A stretch of DNA of 63,947 nucleotides, counting the filler, from Hyphochytrium catenoides (Eukaryota > Protista > Hyphochytriomycota): assembly GCA_900088475.1 (NCBI GenBank). It is 4 parts of 4 records of this genome, joined end to end, with 100 filler letters (N's around TTAATTAATTAA, not from the genome) between each part and the next. Parts side by side here need not be neighbours in the genome. Positions count along the whole stretch, not along the records: positions 1 to 10,845 come from FLMG01000128.1; positions 10,946 to 27,639 come from FLMG01004732.1; 2 more parts are not named here. One strand, given 5' to 3'. The translations under genes were made by a program, and so were the position numbers. The first letter of the stretch is position 1. Every line of letters starts with the position of its first letter. The notes under the pieces were generated by a model that ran no database searches, was not told the DNA's origin, and worked only from the letters and a program-made list of their open reading frames with translations. Of the stretch, positions 1 to 12,338 are shown piece after piece.

Positions 1-129
1 CTCGAGCACTCTCGGTATGGAAAGAGGAAGAAATTCTACAATCAAGTCAAAAGATGAGGGAGAAAAATAGAGAGGAAGAGAGAAAGAGAGAGAGACAGGA
101 AGTGAGGGAGAGAGAGATGCCCTACTTAC

Positions 130-398
130 CTTGAGAGAAGGGGTATGATCCCTCTTCTTCTCATGCGGAAGCAGTAGACAGTGTCTCCGGTCCTGACAGC
201 GTTAGAGTCTGGCAGCGCCAAGAAGCAGAGCCGCTTCTTCTCATCCTCTCCTATCGCTGGAGGCAGCAGCAGGAGAGACAGAGAGCCAAGGACATAATAA
301 GCAGAAGAGCGAAGAGAAAGGAAGAGGTGAGAGAAAGAGAGAAGTCGCGCTCAAGAAGTACCTACTCTCGTTCTCTCTCTCTCTATCTATATCTCGCT

Positions 399-432
<34 letters not shown>

Positions 433-546
433 CTTTTTACTCTAGTCCCAGGTCCATAGAAATATTTTCTACTCTCTCACCCTCCATCCGTCTATCTGCG
501 GTTGAATCGTCTTTACGCTCTTGTTGCTCTTTCTCAGTCTCTCTCT

Positions 547-592
<46 letters not shown>

Positions 593-636
593 CTCCCTCT
601 CTCTCTTCACTCTCTCCCTCTCTTCACTCCCTCTCT

Positions 637-677
<41 letters not shown>

Positions 678-1021
678 ATTTCCTTACCTGGTGCCTCTGG
701 CGGGTATATAGCCTCCAGGCTCTGTCCTCTGTCTATATCAAAATGCGCCACGACAAAGCATTCGAGCCACTCTGTCTGCCTTCTCTCTCTGTCTCGAGGG
801 AGAGAGAGATCCAGATCAAAAGAAGAAGACCGTCGAGGTAGAGACGGCGAGGAAGGGAGAGGAACACGAGGCGAAGAGAGAGAGAGAGAAGAAAGAGGCG
901 ATAGTGGAGGATGAGGGAGGGCTTGCGATGGATCTGCAGAGAGGATTGTTGTCTTCTCTTTCCTTGTCGTCTGCCCCTTATCTCTCTTCTCTCCTGGCTC
1001 GTGGCGAGAGACTGCCGACAT
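130..1021 (-). CDS. DENN-domain protein, DENND6/FAM116-like Rab GEF (first two exons 1021-688 and 256-130; continues beyond window start)
   Basis: GT-AG splicing gives WLECFVVAHFDIDRGQSLEAIYPPEAP|AIGEDEKKRLCFLALPDSNAVRTGDTVYCFRMR, matching the DENND6 uDENN motifs FDxxxGQxxExxYP and CxLxxPDSNxxxxGDTxxCFR. Confidence 0.85.
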
Positions 1022-1353
1022 CCCAGAGATAGAGGCGCAGACGCCGCTGTCAAGCCAGGATATACGCGGCGGAAGAGCGATGATTGACAGGAGAAAGAGA
1101 GAGAGAGAAAGGGAGAGAGACTAGGCCAGGAGCCAACGTCGGAGCGTCAGGCTCCCAGGCTCTTCTGGACGACATCTAAGCTAGCACTTCCCTCTCAGAT
1201 GCCCTTCCCCAGCAGCGTCCAGTCCTCCTCTTCTTCCTCCTCTTTTCTCTTTTCCTTCTCTTTTCACTTCTTTCTGCTGCTGNNNNNNNNNNNNNNNNNN
1301 NNNNNNNNNNNNNNNNNNNNNNNNNNNNNNNNNNNNNNNNNNNNNNNNNNNNN

Positions 1354-1393
<40 letters not shown>

Positions 1394-1927
1394 AGAGAAG
1401 ATAGCAAGACTTGAGCTTCAACCTGCCCAAAGGACAAATGAGTCAAAAGCTTCTACAATCTTTGAGAGGCTTACAGCACAGAGATTCGGTGATTGTAACA
1501 ATGTATGCGACTATATTAGGACACTATGTGGTAGAAGACCTTACTTTGTCCTTTTATATGTTGTTACTTAGTCACACTCCTACCAAAAAATGGCTGATAT
1601 ATTCGAAGCAAATCCAATTCGCGACTATTCTAGGAAATATGAGCATCATCTTGACCCAGATCTTTGAAGATCTGCAACTCCGCTCACGAAGCTCGGTCAC
1701 TCCGCGCACTGACGATAATCTTCACTATAACGCAGAGCTCTAGATATGCTGCCTCTTCGCCGATGTAGATGCTGAAGAGTAAGGCGATGAGTCATTGCCT
1801 TGTTCACTGCCGGGCTTCTGGTGGAAGGAATTGATCAACTCCATACGAAGAGGAAGTCAGCTCTTGAAAGAGGGAAGAGAGGGTAGAATGGGAAACATCG
1901 TTGTCCCTGTCTCCTTTTTGGTGCTGG

Positions 1928-3619
1928 CTAATGCTTCTTCTCTTTGGGCTTGACCTTGAAACAGCTAATATTTAGCAGGGTCGTCAACTCTTGGATAACG
2001 CCGACCACCTAGCTCGGGCAAGAGAGATTGAGGACGTGGGTTGAGGTCAGGAGAGAGCCGTATTAGATGCGATGGGACCGAAAGAGCCAGAAGAGAGATT
2101 GATCAAGTGAGAGAGAGGAAAGGAGCGCCCATGAGAGCTAGACAGACTCTGACAGACTGAACAGTGCAAGGTCTTAGAACCAGGAGCGCTATGGGACGAT
2201 AGGACAGTAAAGAAGAAAGAGGAAGAGAGATCAGAGAGTAGATAAAGGGAAGGGTAGATAGATAGATATAGAGAAGTTGACAGGAAAGACTGAGGGAAGT
2301 TGATTACGAAGCGACGCAAAGCACTTTACCATGTGCACATAGGGCACCAAGGCTAGCCCATAGAAGATCCATACAGCGTCTTCATTCTTCGCCTGCATGG
2401 ATCAACGAGGAAGCCGTTTGGTTTAAGGTAAGCCGTAAGGAGGGAGTGACGCAGGCAGGAGATAATTGAACATAGCAGGCAAAAGCCGAGAGGTGAAAGA
2501 TAACGTAGACTCCGAGAGGGGAGAGAAGAGATGAGTGAAAGAGAACGCGCGTGAGAGAGGGGCAAAAGAGGGCCAGAGGCAGAGAGACGACGCGGCAAGA
2601 AGAGGAAGCAAGGGCCCTTGCGGGAAGGACTAGTCACAGCAATTAGCGGGAATGAGTGGAGCAGTCACGATAAGGAGCGAGGCCGAGGACAGGGAGAGAG
2701 AGAGACTTGAGAGCGGATAGGGCAGAAACGCAAACAACAAGAGAGGATAGCGTTCTAAGGAAGGTACCAGGGGTAGGAAGCCCGATCCTATGAGGAAAGC
2801 CATCAGGAAGAAGGTAACCAGCGTCTTTCTCAGCAGCCAAAGTGGCTCATGGCACATGTGAGACAGCATAATATGCATCACCAGCTGACCACAGAGAGAG
2901 AGAGAAAAAGCGAGAGAGAGAGAAGGAGAAAGAGGGTTAAGAGCGAGAAGTGAGGAGGAGGTTGTAGTGAGAGACAGGCTGACGAAGCAGGACGGAGAAA
3001 GAGATAGACAATGAGGAGAGGGAATAAAAGTGGGAACAACATTTACTCAGGGATCCCAAAGGCTACGTTTGAAGGAAAGAAGAATTAGAGGCGCCGCCAG
3101 GCAGATTCATAACAAACTGCATGGTCCAGGAAACAAGCGGTCCTCGTATTTTGAGCAGCATATCTGGAGAGAGAGAGAGAGACAAGGAAGGAAAGCGGTA
3201 GAGGAAATAGTCTATTTCTCTCCCTTAATGACAAAGCTACCTTGCAAAAGATGAGGCCAACAGTCCACGTGATAAGCCGAGGATGACTTTCGAACGTTTC
3301 TCCGGAGAGAGAGAGAAAGAAGAAGCCACACAACAAGACAAAAGCACCAAAGGGAAGAAGGCCCATCAACGCGGCCACTCGTCCCTGATGCGTCTTCACC
3401 GCCGACATCACGTTCCAAACTGAGACCCAAGAGAGGAGGAGAAGATTAGAGACCAGAGCATCGAACGTCCTACGTAGCCATTGTAGAAATTGTGGAAGAA
3501 GGGAAACGCAAGAGAGTGAAGCGGAGAGAGAGAGAGAAAGACTCGTAGGAGACGGCGGAGACGGCTTGCAGGGAGTACGATGTGCGCATAGGGGTCCCCG
3601 GAAAAGAGAGAGAGAGAAT

Positions 3620-3652
<33 letters not shown>

Positions 3653-6053
3653 CGCGAGAGAGAGAGGGGGAAAGAGAGAAGGAGAGAGAGATGGAGATAT
3701 AAGGGCGAGAGAAGCGTAATCTCCTTGCTCACCATTTCCGAGAATAGTAGGCACGAGGCCCAGAATAGTGAGCGCCACGAAGACCTCATTGTACTTTAGA
3801 TTCAGAATCCCGCTGTCCTCCGCCCACCAGGACGGATTCCTGAGAGCGGCATACATGTGCACCGTATACATAATAAAGAGACCCTCGTTGGGTCCGTTGA
3901 TCGGCGGAAGGTCCAGTCTCCCTGTGTAATATTCCTCCCAGGTAGCGAAGAAGAAGACAACCGCCGCACAGCCGAAAAGAGAGAACGACTAGGACAGAGA
4001 GAAAGAGAGACAGACAGAGATGGGAAGAGAGAGAGGCAGAGAGAGAGAGAGAGAGGGGCAGAGATGCAGAGAGAGAGAGAGAGAGGGGCAGAGATAGAGA
4101 GAGATAGAGAGCGAGAAAGGGAGAGAGAGAGAGAGAGTGAATGGAAAGGCAGAAGGTGAGAGGTAAGACCACGTAGAGTAGCAGAGACAACCGAGACAGT
4201 ATTGAACAATGAAGAGACGGTAAAGTGGAAGTGGATAAAGCTGCAAATGGAACACAAACAAGGAGATGGAACCTGAAAAATGGGAACAGGCAGGCTCGAA
4301 GAAGAGTTCTAAACCGAAAGTGGAATGTGAAAGAGAGAGAGAGAGTGTGTGAGGCAGACAAAAGGAGAGTCAAAGAGAGAGTGAGAAAGAGGCGAGAGAG
4401 CTGCCTTAAGGCATAGCTAAATATATATTCGAGAGGGTTATAGAGAAGCAGTGGTACGGTTACCTTCCACGTAGGGCCGAGCTGCAGGGTAGAGGCCATT
4501 GTCAGTGCGCTTACAATGACGTTGAAGGCATCACAGCCATGGTCAAACAGCAAGCCTAAAGGACGAGGAGAAGAGAGATTCGAGGAAGAGAGAAAGAGAG
4601 GACAAAGGAGAGAAAACAATATATGTAAGATTAAGAGTAAACAAAGCTCCTTACTATAAGTCAACCCAAGAGAGAGAGAGAGACAGACAAGAGAGAGAGA
4701 GAGAGAAAGGAAGGGATAGAAGAGAAGGTAGCCAGCCGGCAATTAACGGTCGGAACGAGCCACTGAGGCACTTAAGGGAAGAGATTGAAGTTCTACCACG
4801 TAGGGACAGAGAGAGAAAAGAGACGAGTTACCAAAAGAAAACAGACTGACGGCAACAAAGGAGAAGATAGGTACCGAGGGGCGAAGCGTTCCCTGTCTTT
4901 CTCGCCTGTTTGCCGTCCGCAACATCTAAAATCTACGTTAAGGAAGAGATCCACCGGCATAAATAAGATGTGCCAGCATTTTTAGCACTTCAAGCCCCCT
5001 TCTCATGTTTCTCTCTCTCTCTCTCTCTCTCTCTNNNNNNNNACTTACCTGATAGGTGAAGAGAGAGAGAGATGACAAGAGGTAAACCCAAGAAGGAGCG
5101 ATGCCTTCCATTAATGGGCAGTACCTTCACAGAGCAGGAAGAGAGAGAGAGAGATGAGAGAGGGCAAAAAAAGAAAGAAAGAGAGGGCTGAGAGGAGGAA
5201 GAGAGGGTAATAGCGGGAGGAACAAAGAGGGAGAGAGAGAGAGAGGAAAAAAAGAAAAAAAGAGAGGCAACGACCAACTACGAAAGGGAAAGAGAGAGAT
5301 CACGAAGCGCGGTTAAGTTTGTCTAAGGTAGCTGTCTGTGACGAGGATGGCAGGAGAGAGACGTACAAGAGCATGACCGGAGAGAGACTTACAAGAGCAT
5401 GACTATGTGGGAGAAGATGACAAGGCCTAGTCCTGAGACCGTGATGGTATTCGGTGCCTAGCATGTGAAAGGGAGGAAGCACGTAACCCTGTTAGAAGAT
5501 AGGGACAGGGGAACAGCCCCTATCTATCCCTTAACCAAGCAAGAAGAAGAAGCAGAAAAAAAGAGAAAGGAGAAAGAAAGAAGAAAGAGTGAGAGTAAGA
5601 GGAAGAGAGACAGAGAGAAAGAGAAAGAGAAAGAGAGAGAGAGAAAGGGGGGGGGGGAATGAGGGGGCGGAGGAACATAGAGAACAGAAGCGCGGAGCGC
5701 AAGAGGGAGAGAGACAGAAAGAGGGGACAAGGAGAGAAAAGAAGGGAGGCAGGGCAGAAAGAGAGACACAGAGAGAGACAGAGAGATGGCAAAAAGGAAG
5801 GCGGGAAGGGGGGGGCAGGGGTGTTCCAGAAAGAGAGGGAGAAACCATAAGAAAGGAGGGAGACCGAGACAGAGAGAGAGAGAGAAACGGATGGTTCCTC
5901 TTAACCTACCAGCCACTCGGGGATTAGATGGTCCACCAAGAACTGGGCACTGGGCGAGACGATGTACTTGTAGAGCAAGGACGCGTCGGATCCCGCGTAC
6001 TTATAGTCTAAGACATGCTTCCCGCCCACCTCGGAGATGTAGGTCAACCTCAT
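1928..6053 (-). CDS. Choline/ethanolamine phosphotransferase (AAPT/EPT1/CEPT1 family, CDP-alcohol phosphotransferase), about 10 exons
   Basis: Spliced exons give MRLTYISEVGGKHVLDYKYAGSDASLLYKY...PEWL|APNTIT...|ILDVADGKQARKTGNASPL|GLLFDHGCD (family signature), FATWEEYYTGRLDLPPINGPNEG and C-terminal VVGVIQELTTLLNISCFKVKPKEKKH*. Confidence 0.93.
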
Positions 6054-6382
6054 CGTCCCGAGTCGTAGAGATAAAGAGAGATCCGAGCTCAGTCTTTCTT
6101 CCTCTCTTCCCTGTTGGTTGCAGGAACCAGATGAGCAGCTGGCATTTGGCAGAGACCGTCAGAACTTTACAGAGCTTGCATTCTGAAGCTCCAATCCTGT
6201 AATAATGAGAACTGCGATGAGTATCTTTCCAGGCGGGTGAGATTCTCTCTCTTCTTCCTCCTTTTACACTCTCTCTCTCTCTCACTCTCTCTCTCTCTCT
6301 CACTATCTCTCTCTCTCACTATCTCTCTCTCTCACTATCTCTCTCTCTCTGTCTCTCTCTCTCTGTGTCTCTCTCTTCCTCT

Positions 6383-6422
<40 letters not shown>

Positions 6423-7655
6423 TTCTCTCCTCTCCCTCTCCCTCTCTCTCTCTCTGTCTCTCTCTCTGTCTCTCTCTCGTGCGCGCTCTCGCTTTCGCTC
6501 TCTCTCTCTCGTTTCCCCTCTTGCCTTATTCTCTCTCTTGCTGCTCTCTGTTTCCCTTAATTAATTGGCCTCTCTCTCTTTCTCTCGCCTCTCTCTTTTC
6601 TCACTTCAAGATTACCGTTATGGGTTTCCAACATTCCAGCTTGTAATGCTCCTGGAGGAGATCTGAAATAGATTTTGGTCTTATTTCCTTGTATTGGTGT
6701 GTATTACTACTTTCACAAATTTACCCTACCGGTCAGCTTAGCGCTCATGGGTAGCGGCGTATTACTACGGGTAGAGGAAAGTGAAGCCCTTCTCGTATTA
6801 CTACCCACATCAAAGGGTATAGATTAGCAGAGTTGAGAGGCGACTATTATTATGGAAGTAAGATTATCAACAACGGAGTCAGAGAATGACAGAGAGATGG
6901 GGACGAGAGCGAAATACAAAGATAGAGCCCCAACATTAGAGACAAAATAGACAGAGTATTAGACGGACAAACAGAGAGAACAGAGAGATCTAGCCGCGAG
7001 AGAGGAGTCCGTACAAGTATAAAAGATGGAAACTTGACGAGACAGAGTCTCCTAAACAAAACCAAAGCGAGAGTGCTTGGGGGCGAAGAAACATTGCCTC
7101 CTAGACAGAGTACCATTGAGATACCACAATGGCTCACATAGTGTATTTACATTGTGGAGACAGAGTTTGTGAAAGAGAGAGAGAAAAGCAAGAAAGAAGC
7201 TTCACTTCTCTGTTTCCGGAAGTTGCTTTGTCTTTCTTCTCTCTCTCTCTCTCTCCTCGTCTCTCCCTGATAATCCGCGATAACGAACAGAGAAGAAAAA
7301 GAAGCGCAGAAAGATCGATGTGACTTGAAGCTTTGCACTGCGGAGACAGAGCAGGGAGCAAGGCTTATAAAGAAGAGAGAGAGAGAGAGGAGAAGAGTGA
7401 AGAAAGAGACATTGCCTGGGAGAGTAGAGAGCCCAAGACACCAAAGGAGAGCAGCAGTGAAAGGGAGAGACAGAGAGAGAGAGAGAAAGAGAAGATTGAG
7501 AGGATCTTTTCGGCGGTAACCTCCACTCCTCGCTAGGAAGGTAAAGACGTCAGAGGAGAGACGATAGGCGCGGGAGCGAGAAGGGGATTGCGCCAGAGTA
7601 AAGCAGAGTAGACTCATTTTAGAAAGAGACAGAGAGAGAGAGAGACACGGTCATC

Positions 7656-8073
7656 ATGAACCTCAGTCGCGAGCAGCAGAACGAGCTTCTCTTCGTTGGC
7701 TTCAACCAGGACTATGGTGCGCTCTCGGACCTCTTTGACTTCCTCTTTTTGTCTCTTGCTGGTCTTTCTTGCTGTCTCCTTTGCTCAAGCATAGCAATCT
7801 ATCTTCTCCCTCCTTCTCTGTCTGGTTCTCTCCAAGTTCTATGGACAAAGTCTCCTTCCGAGCACAATCATTCTCTTTACTTTCCGGCTCTCTCGACGGT
7901 TTGCTAGTCTTTTTCCTCTCTGTTTCTTGCGCTTAAGGATCCTCCCTTTCTCTTTCTCTCTGTCTGAAACGCAACCTCTCTGCCCTCAGGCTGCTTTGCA
8001 TGCGGCACGGACTCAGGCTTCCGGATCTATAACTGCGATCCATTCAAGGAGACTTTCCGAAGAGGTCAACCTC

Positions 8074-8120
<47 letters not shown>

Positions 8121-8817
8121 GCTATCTTTTGTCTCTCCTCTTTCTCTCTCTCTCTCTCTCTCGCGCGCGCGCTTTCTCTCTTTTTGGCTGTCTTTTTGTC
8201 TCTCCCTTGCTCTCGCCATCTCTCTCTCTCGCTATGTACCTCTTTACTATGGTGCTTCCTTTCCTTGTCAAGCCTATCTCTTCTTGCTCTATTTTTTCTT
8301 GCCACGTCTCAGCTTCATCTGATCTCCTGTCTCTTTTCACCCTTCTTCCCCCTCTTTCTCTCTCTCTCTCTCTTTTTCTCTCTCTCTCATTCTTCCTTTC
8401 TTGCTTTCTTCTCTTCGCTCTCACGCACACATACGCTTTCTTTCTCTCGTTCTCCCCTTGCTTACATCAGAAGCTGGTGCTAGTTCTCAACTACTGCCCA
8501 TTCTCTCTGCATCTTTTTTCTTACCAAGTCCCTCTCCTCTCTTCACTAGCTCTCTCTCTCTCTCTCTCTCTTTCTCTCTGTTCTCCTAACGTTCTCTTTT
8601 CCCTGACTCTTCTTTCTTCCTTCTCCCTTTCTCTCCCCTTTAGACTTCCAGAATGGCGGGATTGGCATAGTGGAGATGCTCTTCCGTTGTAACATTCTCG
8701 CTCTGGTTGGAGGAGGAAGAAACCCGCGTTATCCTCCTAACAAGGTGAATTTCATGCAGAGCAGAGAGAGAGAGAGATAAAGAGATCAATCTGGAGAACG
8801 TAGCTGAAGGGTTGGAT

Positions 8818-8860
<43 letters not shown>

Positions 8861-9355
8861 AGAGAGAGAGAAAGATGACAGAGCCAAACAGTCGTCTACC
8901 CCAGAAGAGAGCTCCCGGTCCCCTTTCTCCTCCTTTGACTCTTACACCTAAAGAACCTCTCTCACTCGTCTTCGCTCTTCTCTTCCTTCTCTTCCTCAAT
9001 TGTGATCTATCTGACGCTATCTTCTCTTTCTCTCTCTCTCTACTGGTCTACCCACTTTCTCTTCTCTCTCTCTGTTCTCTCTCTCTCGGGAGTGCAGGTG
9101 ATGATCTGGGATGACCACCAGAATCGCTGCATTGGAGAGCTCAGCTTCCGCAGTGAAGTGAAGAATGTGAAGCTTCGGAGAGACAGAGTCGTCGTTGTTC
9201 TCCAGAAGAAAGTTTATGTCTACAACTTTGGTGAGCTTGTGAAGCCCACCTCTCTTTTTCGCTCTATTTCTCCCCCTTTCTCTCTCACCTCGCTATGTTG
9301 CTGTTCATTCTGTCTCTCTTGACCTCTCCGCACCTCTTTCCCTTCTCCTTCTTCT

Positions 9356-9409
<54 letters not shown>

Positions 9410-10619
9410 GCCAAAGTGTTTATTAAGAGAGTCTTGGTCTTCCTCAGGATCCTTTTTGTTCTTTTGACTAACCAACTAGCTCGTCAAACGCGATCCGTCA
9501 CTTCTTCTTCTCTTATTATTAGTAGGCTTACGTCGTACTCTTTTCTCTCTCTGTCTCTCACTCTCTGTCTCTCCGTCTCTAGCTGACCTGAAGCTGGTGG
9601 ACCACATCGAGACCATTGACAACCCCAAAGGCTTGTGCTCTCTCTGTCCGAACAGCGCCAACACGGTGCTGGCCTGCCCTGGTGTTTCTAAAGGAACAGT
9701 GAGAGTGGAACTTTATGATATTAGAAAGACAACTCTCGTGTCTGCCCACGAGGCAGAGCTCTCTCAGGTGAGGAAAGAGCGTTCGGGAGGAGGGAGGAAG
9801 AGAAGAGAGAGAGGAGACAGAAAGAGAGAGAGTGATAAAGTGATGTGGTATCGATGCATTCTTTTTTCTCCCTCTTCCGCCCGCCTACTAACACTCACCC
9901 TCTGTTTCACCTGATCCTCTTCCTCTCTCTGTTTCTCTCTCGCTCTCTCTCTGTGTCTTTTCTTCGACTTCTTGTTTCATCTTTCTCCGTCGTCTTTCCT
10001 CTTGCTGTTTGTAGATATCTCTAAGCCTGGAAGGAACGAAACTGGCTACAGCTTCGGATAAAGGGACACTGATCAGGGTTTTTGATACTCAAACGGGGCA
10101 GCTGCAGCAGGAGCTCAGGTCTGTCGCTCGGGCTGTGTAGATGTAGACGAGGAACGAAGAGGGAGAAAGACACACGCACACACAGAGTAGAGAGAGATAA
10201 AGAGAGAAAGAGAACGCCTGACAGAGAGAGAGAAAGAGGAAGTTCGGCTGACGAGGAGATGAGCAGTTTATGCAGAATGTCATAGTAAAGAAGGAGAGGC
10301 AGGCTTATTGACGCCTCCCAGTCACCGGATGTCTTGCCTGGCTGATTATACTCACTTCATCTCGCGCATACTCTCTCTCTCTCTCTCTCTTTTTCTCATT
10401 CAATTGTGTCTGCAATGTGCCATTGTTTCCTGATCGCTCTCTCTCTCTCTCCATCAGGCGTGGGGCTGATAGGGCTGAGATCTACTCTATCTGCTTCAGT
10501 CCAAATGGCCAATATCTGGCTGCCAGCAGCGATAAAGGGACAGTCCATGTCTTCGTTCTCTCTCCCGGAGGAGGCTCTATGGTCATGGGAGAGCCCAGAC
10601 CCTCTCCCTTACCTTCTTC
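7656..10619 (+). CDS. ATG18: Autophagy PROPPIN ATG18/WIPI3-4-like WD40 protein; 7 exons visible, 3' end lost at contig break
   Basis: Exons give FNQDYG|[24 protein letters not shown]|[34 protein letters not shown]|VMIWDD...[15 protein letters not shown]...ELR|[14 protein letters not shown], including the LRRG phosphoinositide-binding motif. Confidence 0.95.
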
Positions 10620-10845
10620 GTACGTCTAATCCCTCTTCTTCTGCGTCCATCTCTCGCTGCCCCCGTTGTCATCTCTCATCTGATGTCATTTCGCATCGCT
10701 TGTCTTGTCTGTTCGTCCCCTGTTCTCTTTTTTTTTTCTCTCTCTCTCTCTCTTTCTCTCGCTCTTCTTCCTCTCGCTCTCTTTTTCCCCTTCTCTAGCC
10801 CATAGAGTATGTCGATCGCTCTGATCTTGCGCTCCTCCTTCCTGG

Positions 10846-10945
10846 NNNNNNNNNNNNNNNNNNNNNNNNNNNNNNNNNNNNNNNNNNNNTTAATTAATTA
10901 ANNNNNNNNNNNNNNNNNNNNNNNNNNNNNNNNNNNNNNNNNNNN
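10846..10945. other. Artificial contig-joining spacer (N44-TTAATTAATTAA-N44)
   Basis: Six-frame-stop 12-mer centred in an exactly 100-bp block; the same block recurs twice more. Confidence 0.97.
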
Positions 10946-10990
10946 ACCTTGAAGGAAACTTTGGGTAAACCCGAGATACGTTTTACAGTG

Positions 10991-11013
10991 CCTAACCCTA
11001 ACCCTAACCCTAA
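10991..11013 (+). repeat. Short telomeric-type repeat, about 4 copies of CCCTAA
   Basis: cctaaccctaaccctaaccctaa, 45 bp inside the contig start. Confidence 0.85.
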
Positions 11014-11073
11014 GCAGCTCTACTATAATCTGTGGTATATGTAGTATTAATCAAAGAGAAACTACAGACGACT

Positions 11074-11178
11074 GCACATAGTCAGCACATAGTCAGCACC
11101 AAAGTTCGCTCCATAGCCAGTTCCATAGTCAGCGCCATAGTCAGCACCATAATCAGCACCATAGTTAGCGCCAATTCA
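11074..11178 (+). repeat. Tandem array 1 of 11-12-bp unit GC(A/T/G)CCATAGTCA, about 9 units
   Basis: gcacatagtca gcacatagtca gcaccaaagttc gctccatagcca gttccatagtca gcgccatagtca gcaccataatca gcaccatagtta gcgccaattca. Confidence 0.9.
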
Positions 11179-11492
11179 ATCAGCTCCTACGTCTCCTTAA
11201 TCGCCTTCATTGCCCTAGAAAGAGGGTAATCTGTTCTGAGAAGGCCGACGAGCGACCTTTTCCCTTGAGAACGTTAGAGTAGTAACAACAATAAGATTAA
11301 AGTAAAGACCTTACCCCGAGAGATGAGCGTATGACGCAATCGATGTCTGGATTAGTGGCATTGTATACTTCTAGGTCACTACTACCTTAAAGTACCCGCA
11401 TTTGAACACTGAATAAAGATATATGCCCAACTTGTTCAAAAATTGGGCTGTTAGAACGGCTAGTCATCCATCCAAAGAACCTCCATGCGTTC

Positions 11493-12269
11493 CTACAGGC
11501 AAGTCTTCTTGTGCTCCTTAGATTGTTCGGCAACTAGGCCCAACTCACAGGCACAACAAGTGACTTGTCTTTGGGGGCATACAATCTCGTGTTTTGCAAC
11601 TCGTCCTCCACGCATTTTGCTACCGCATCTAGGGCGGCATTGTTGTTCCCGCTGGGATTGAGCGGTACTGAGTTCCGAAAGTTCAATCAGATAATTTATC
11701 CAATTGCGATACTTGATCCAGCTCGCAGTTAGATGCCTTATAACGATCCGATAGGAACTTCACGAATGCTTCAAAGGCAGTGGATAGGTCTGCGTTCGAG
11801 AAAGGCAACTTGTTCTTTGGTTGAGGAACTACTTTATCCAACCCAATCTCTCTGGCTACCATCGCCTGCGTGCTTCGGCAGTTGTAAAGCTTCAGCTTCT
11901 CCGTCAGTTTGCCTCTGTTTGTCGTGAGGTCGGGATCCATCCGCAAGCAGTGATTTATGGTCTCACAATACCAAATAGCATCACCGCTATGGGCATCCAC
12001 TTCAGTGGTACCATCACCACCTGAACACTTGAGAATAATGTACTTGCTGGCATAGTCCACCAGCTTCTGTTGAAAGTCTCCCACATCATACTTACGAAGA
12101 AGTGACTCGGCCATAGCGCTTGTTTTTGTCTACTATGATATCGAGTGGTGTCTTGTAGGTGGAAAGTGTTCGGATTGAGCTTCCCTTGCTCTTCAATAAG
12201 CCGCCGAGGAGAGGCGAAGTATTGTATTGTGGAATGGCTCTGAGAATCGAGAATCACCTGTATTCTCAA
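11493..12269 (-). pseudogene. Frameshifted gene ending in two TRAF-type zinc fingers
   Basis: ORF 12114-11683 is continued in the +1 frame by CRPRCGSKMRGGRVAKHEIVCPQRQVTCCACELGLVAEQSKEHKKTC (C-x3-C-x11-H-x3-C then C-x2-C-x11-H-x3-C); ORF 12269-11955 may be the displaced N-terminus. Confidence 0.6.
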
Positions 12270-12338
12270 TAAGAGGATATATATTCTGGAGAGTCAAACG
12301 TGGTACAGTCTTTGACAAAGGTGAGAATGTCTTCTTGA

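Noticed and set aside
10890-10901. TTAATTAATTAA as a piggyBac TTAA target duplication bounding the island
   Set aside because: It sits inside N padding and occurs a third time at 57601; assembly linker.
11032-11229. 65-aa ORF with IVSA/IVST repeats
   Set aside because: By-product of the tandem array; unit lengths vary and array 2 has no equivalent ORF.
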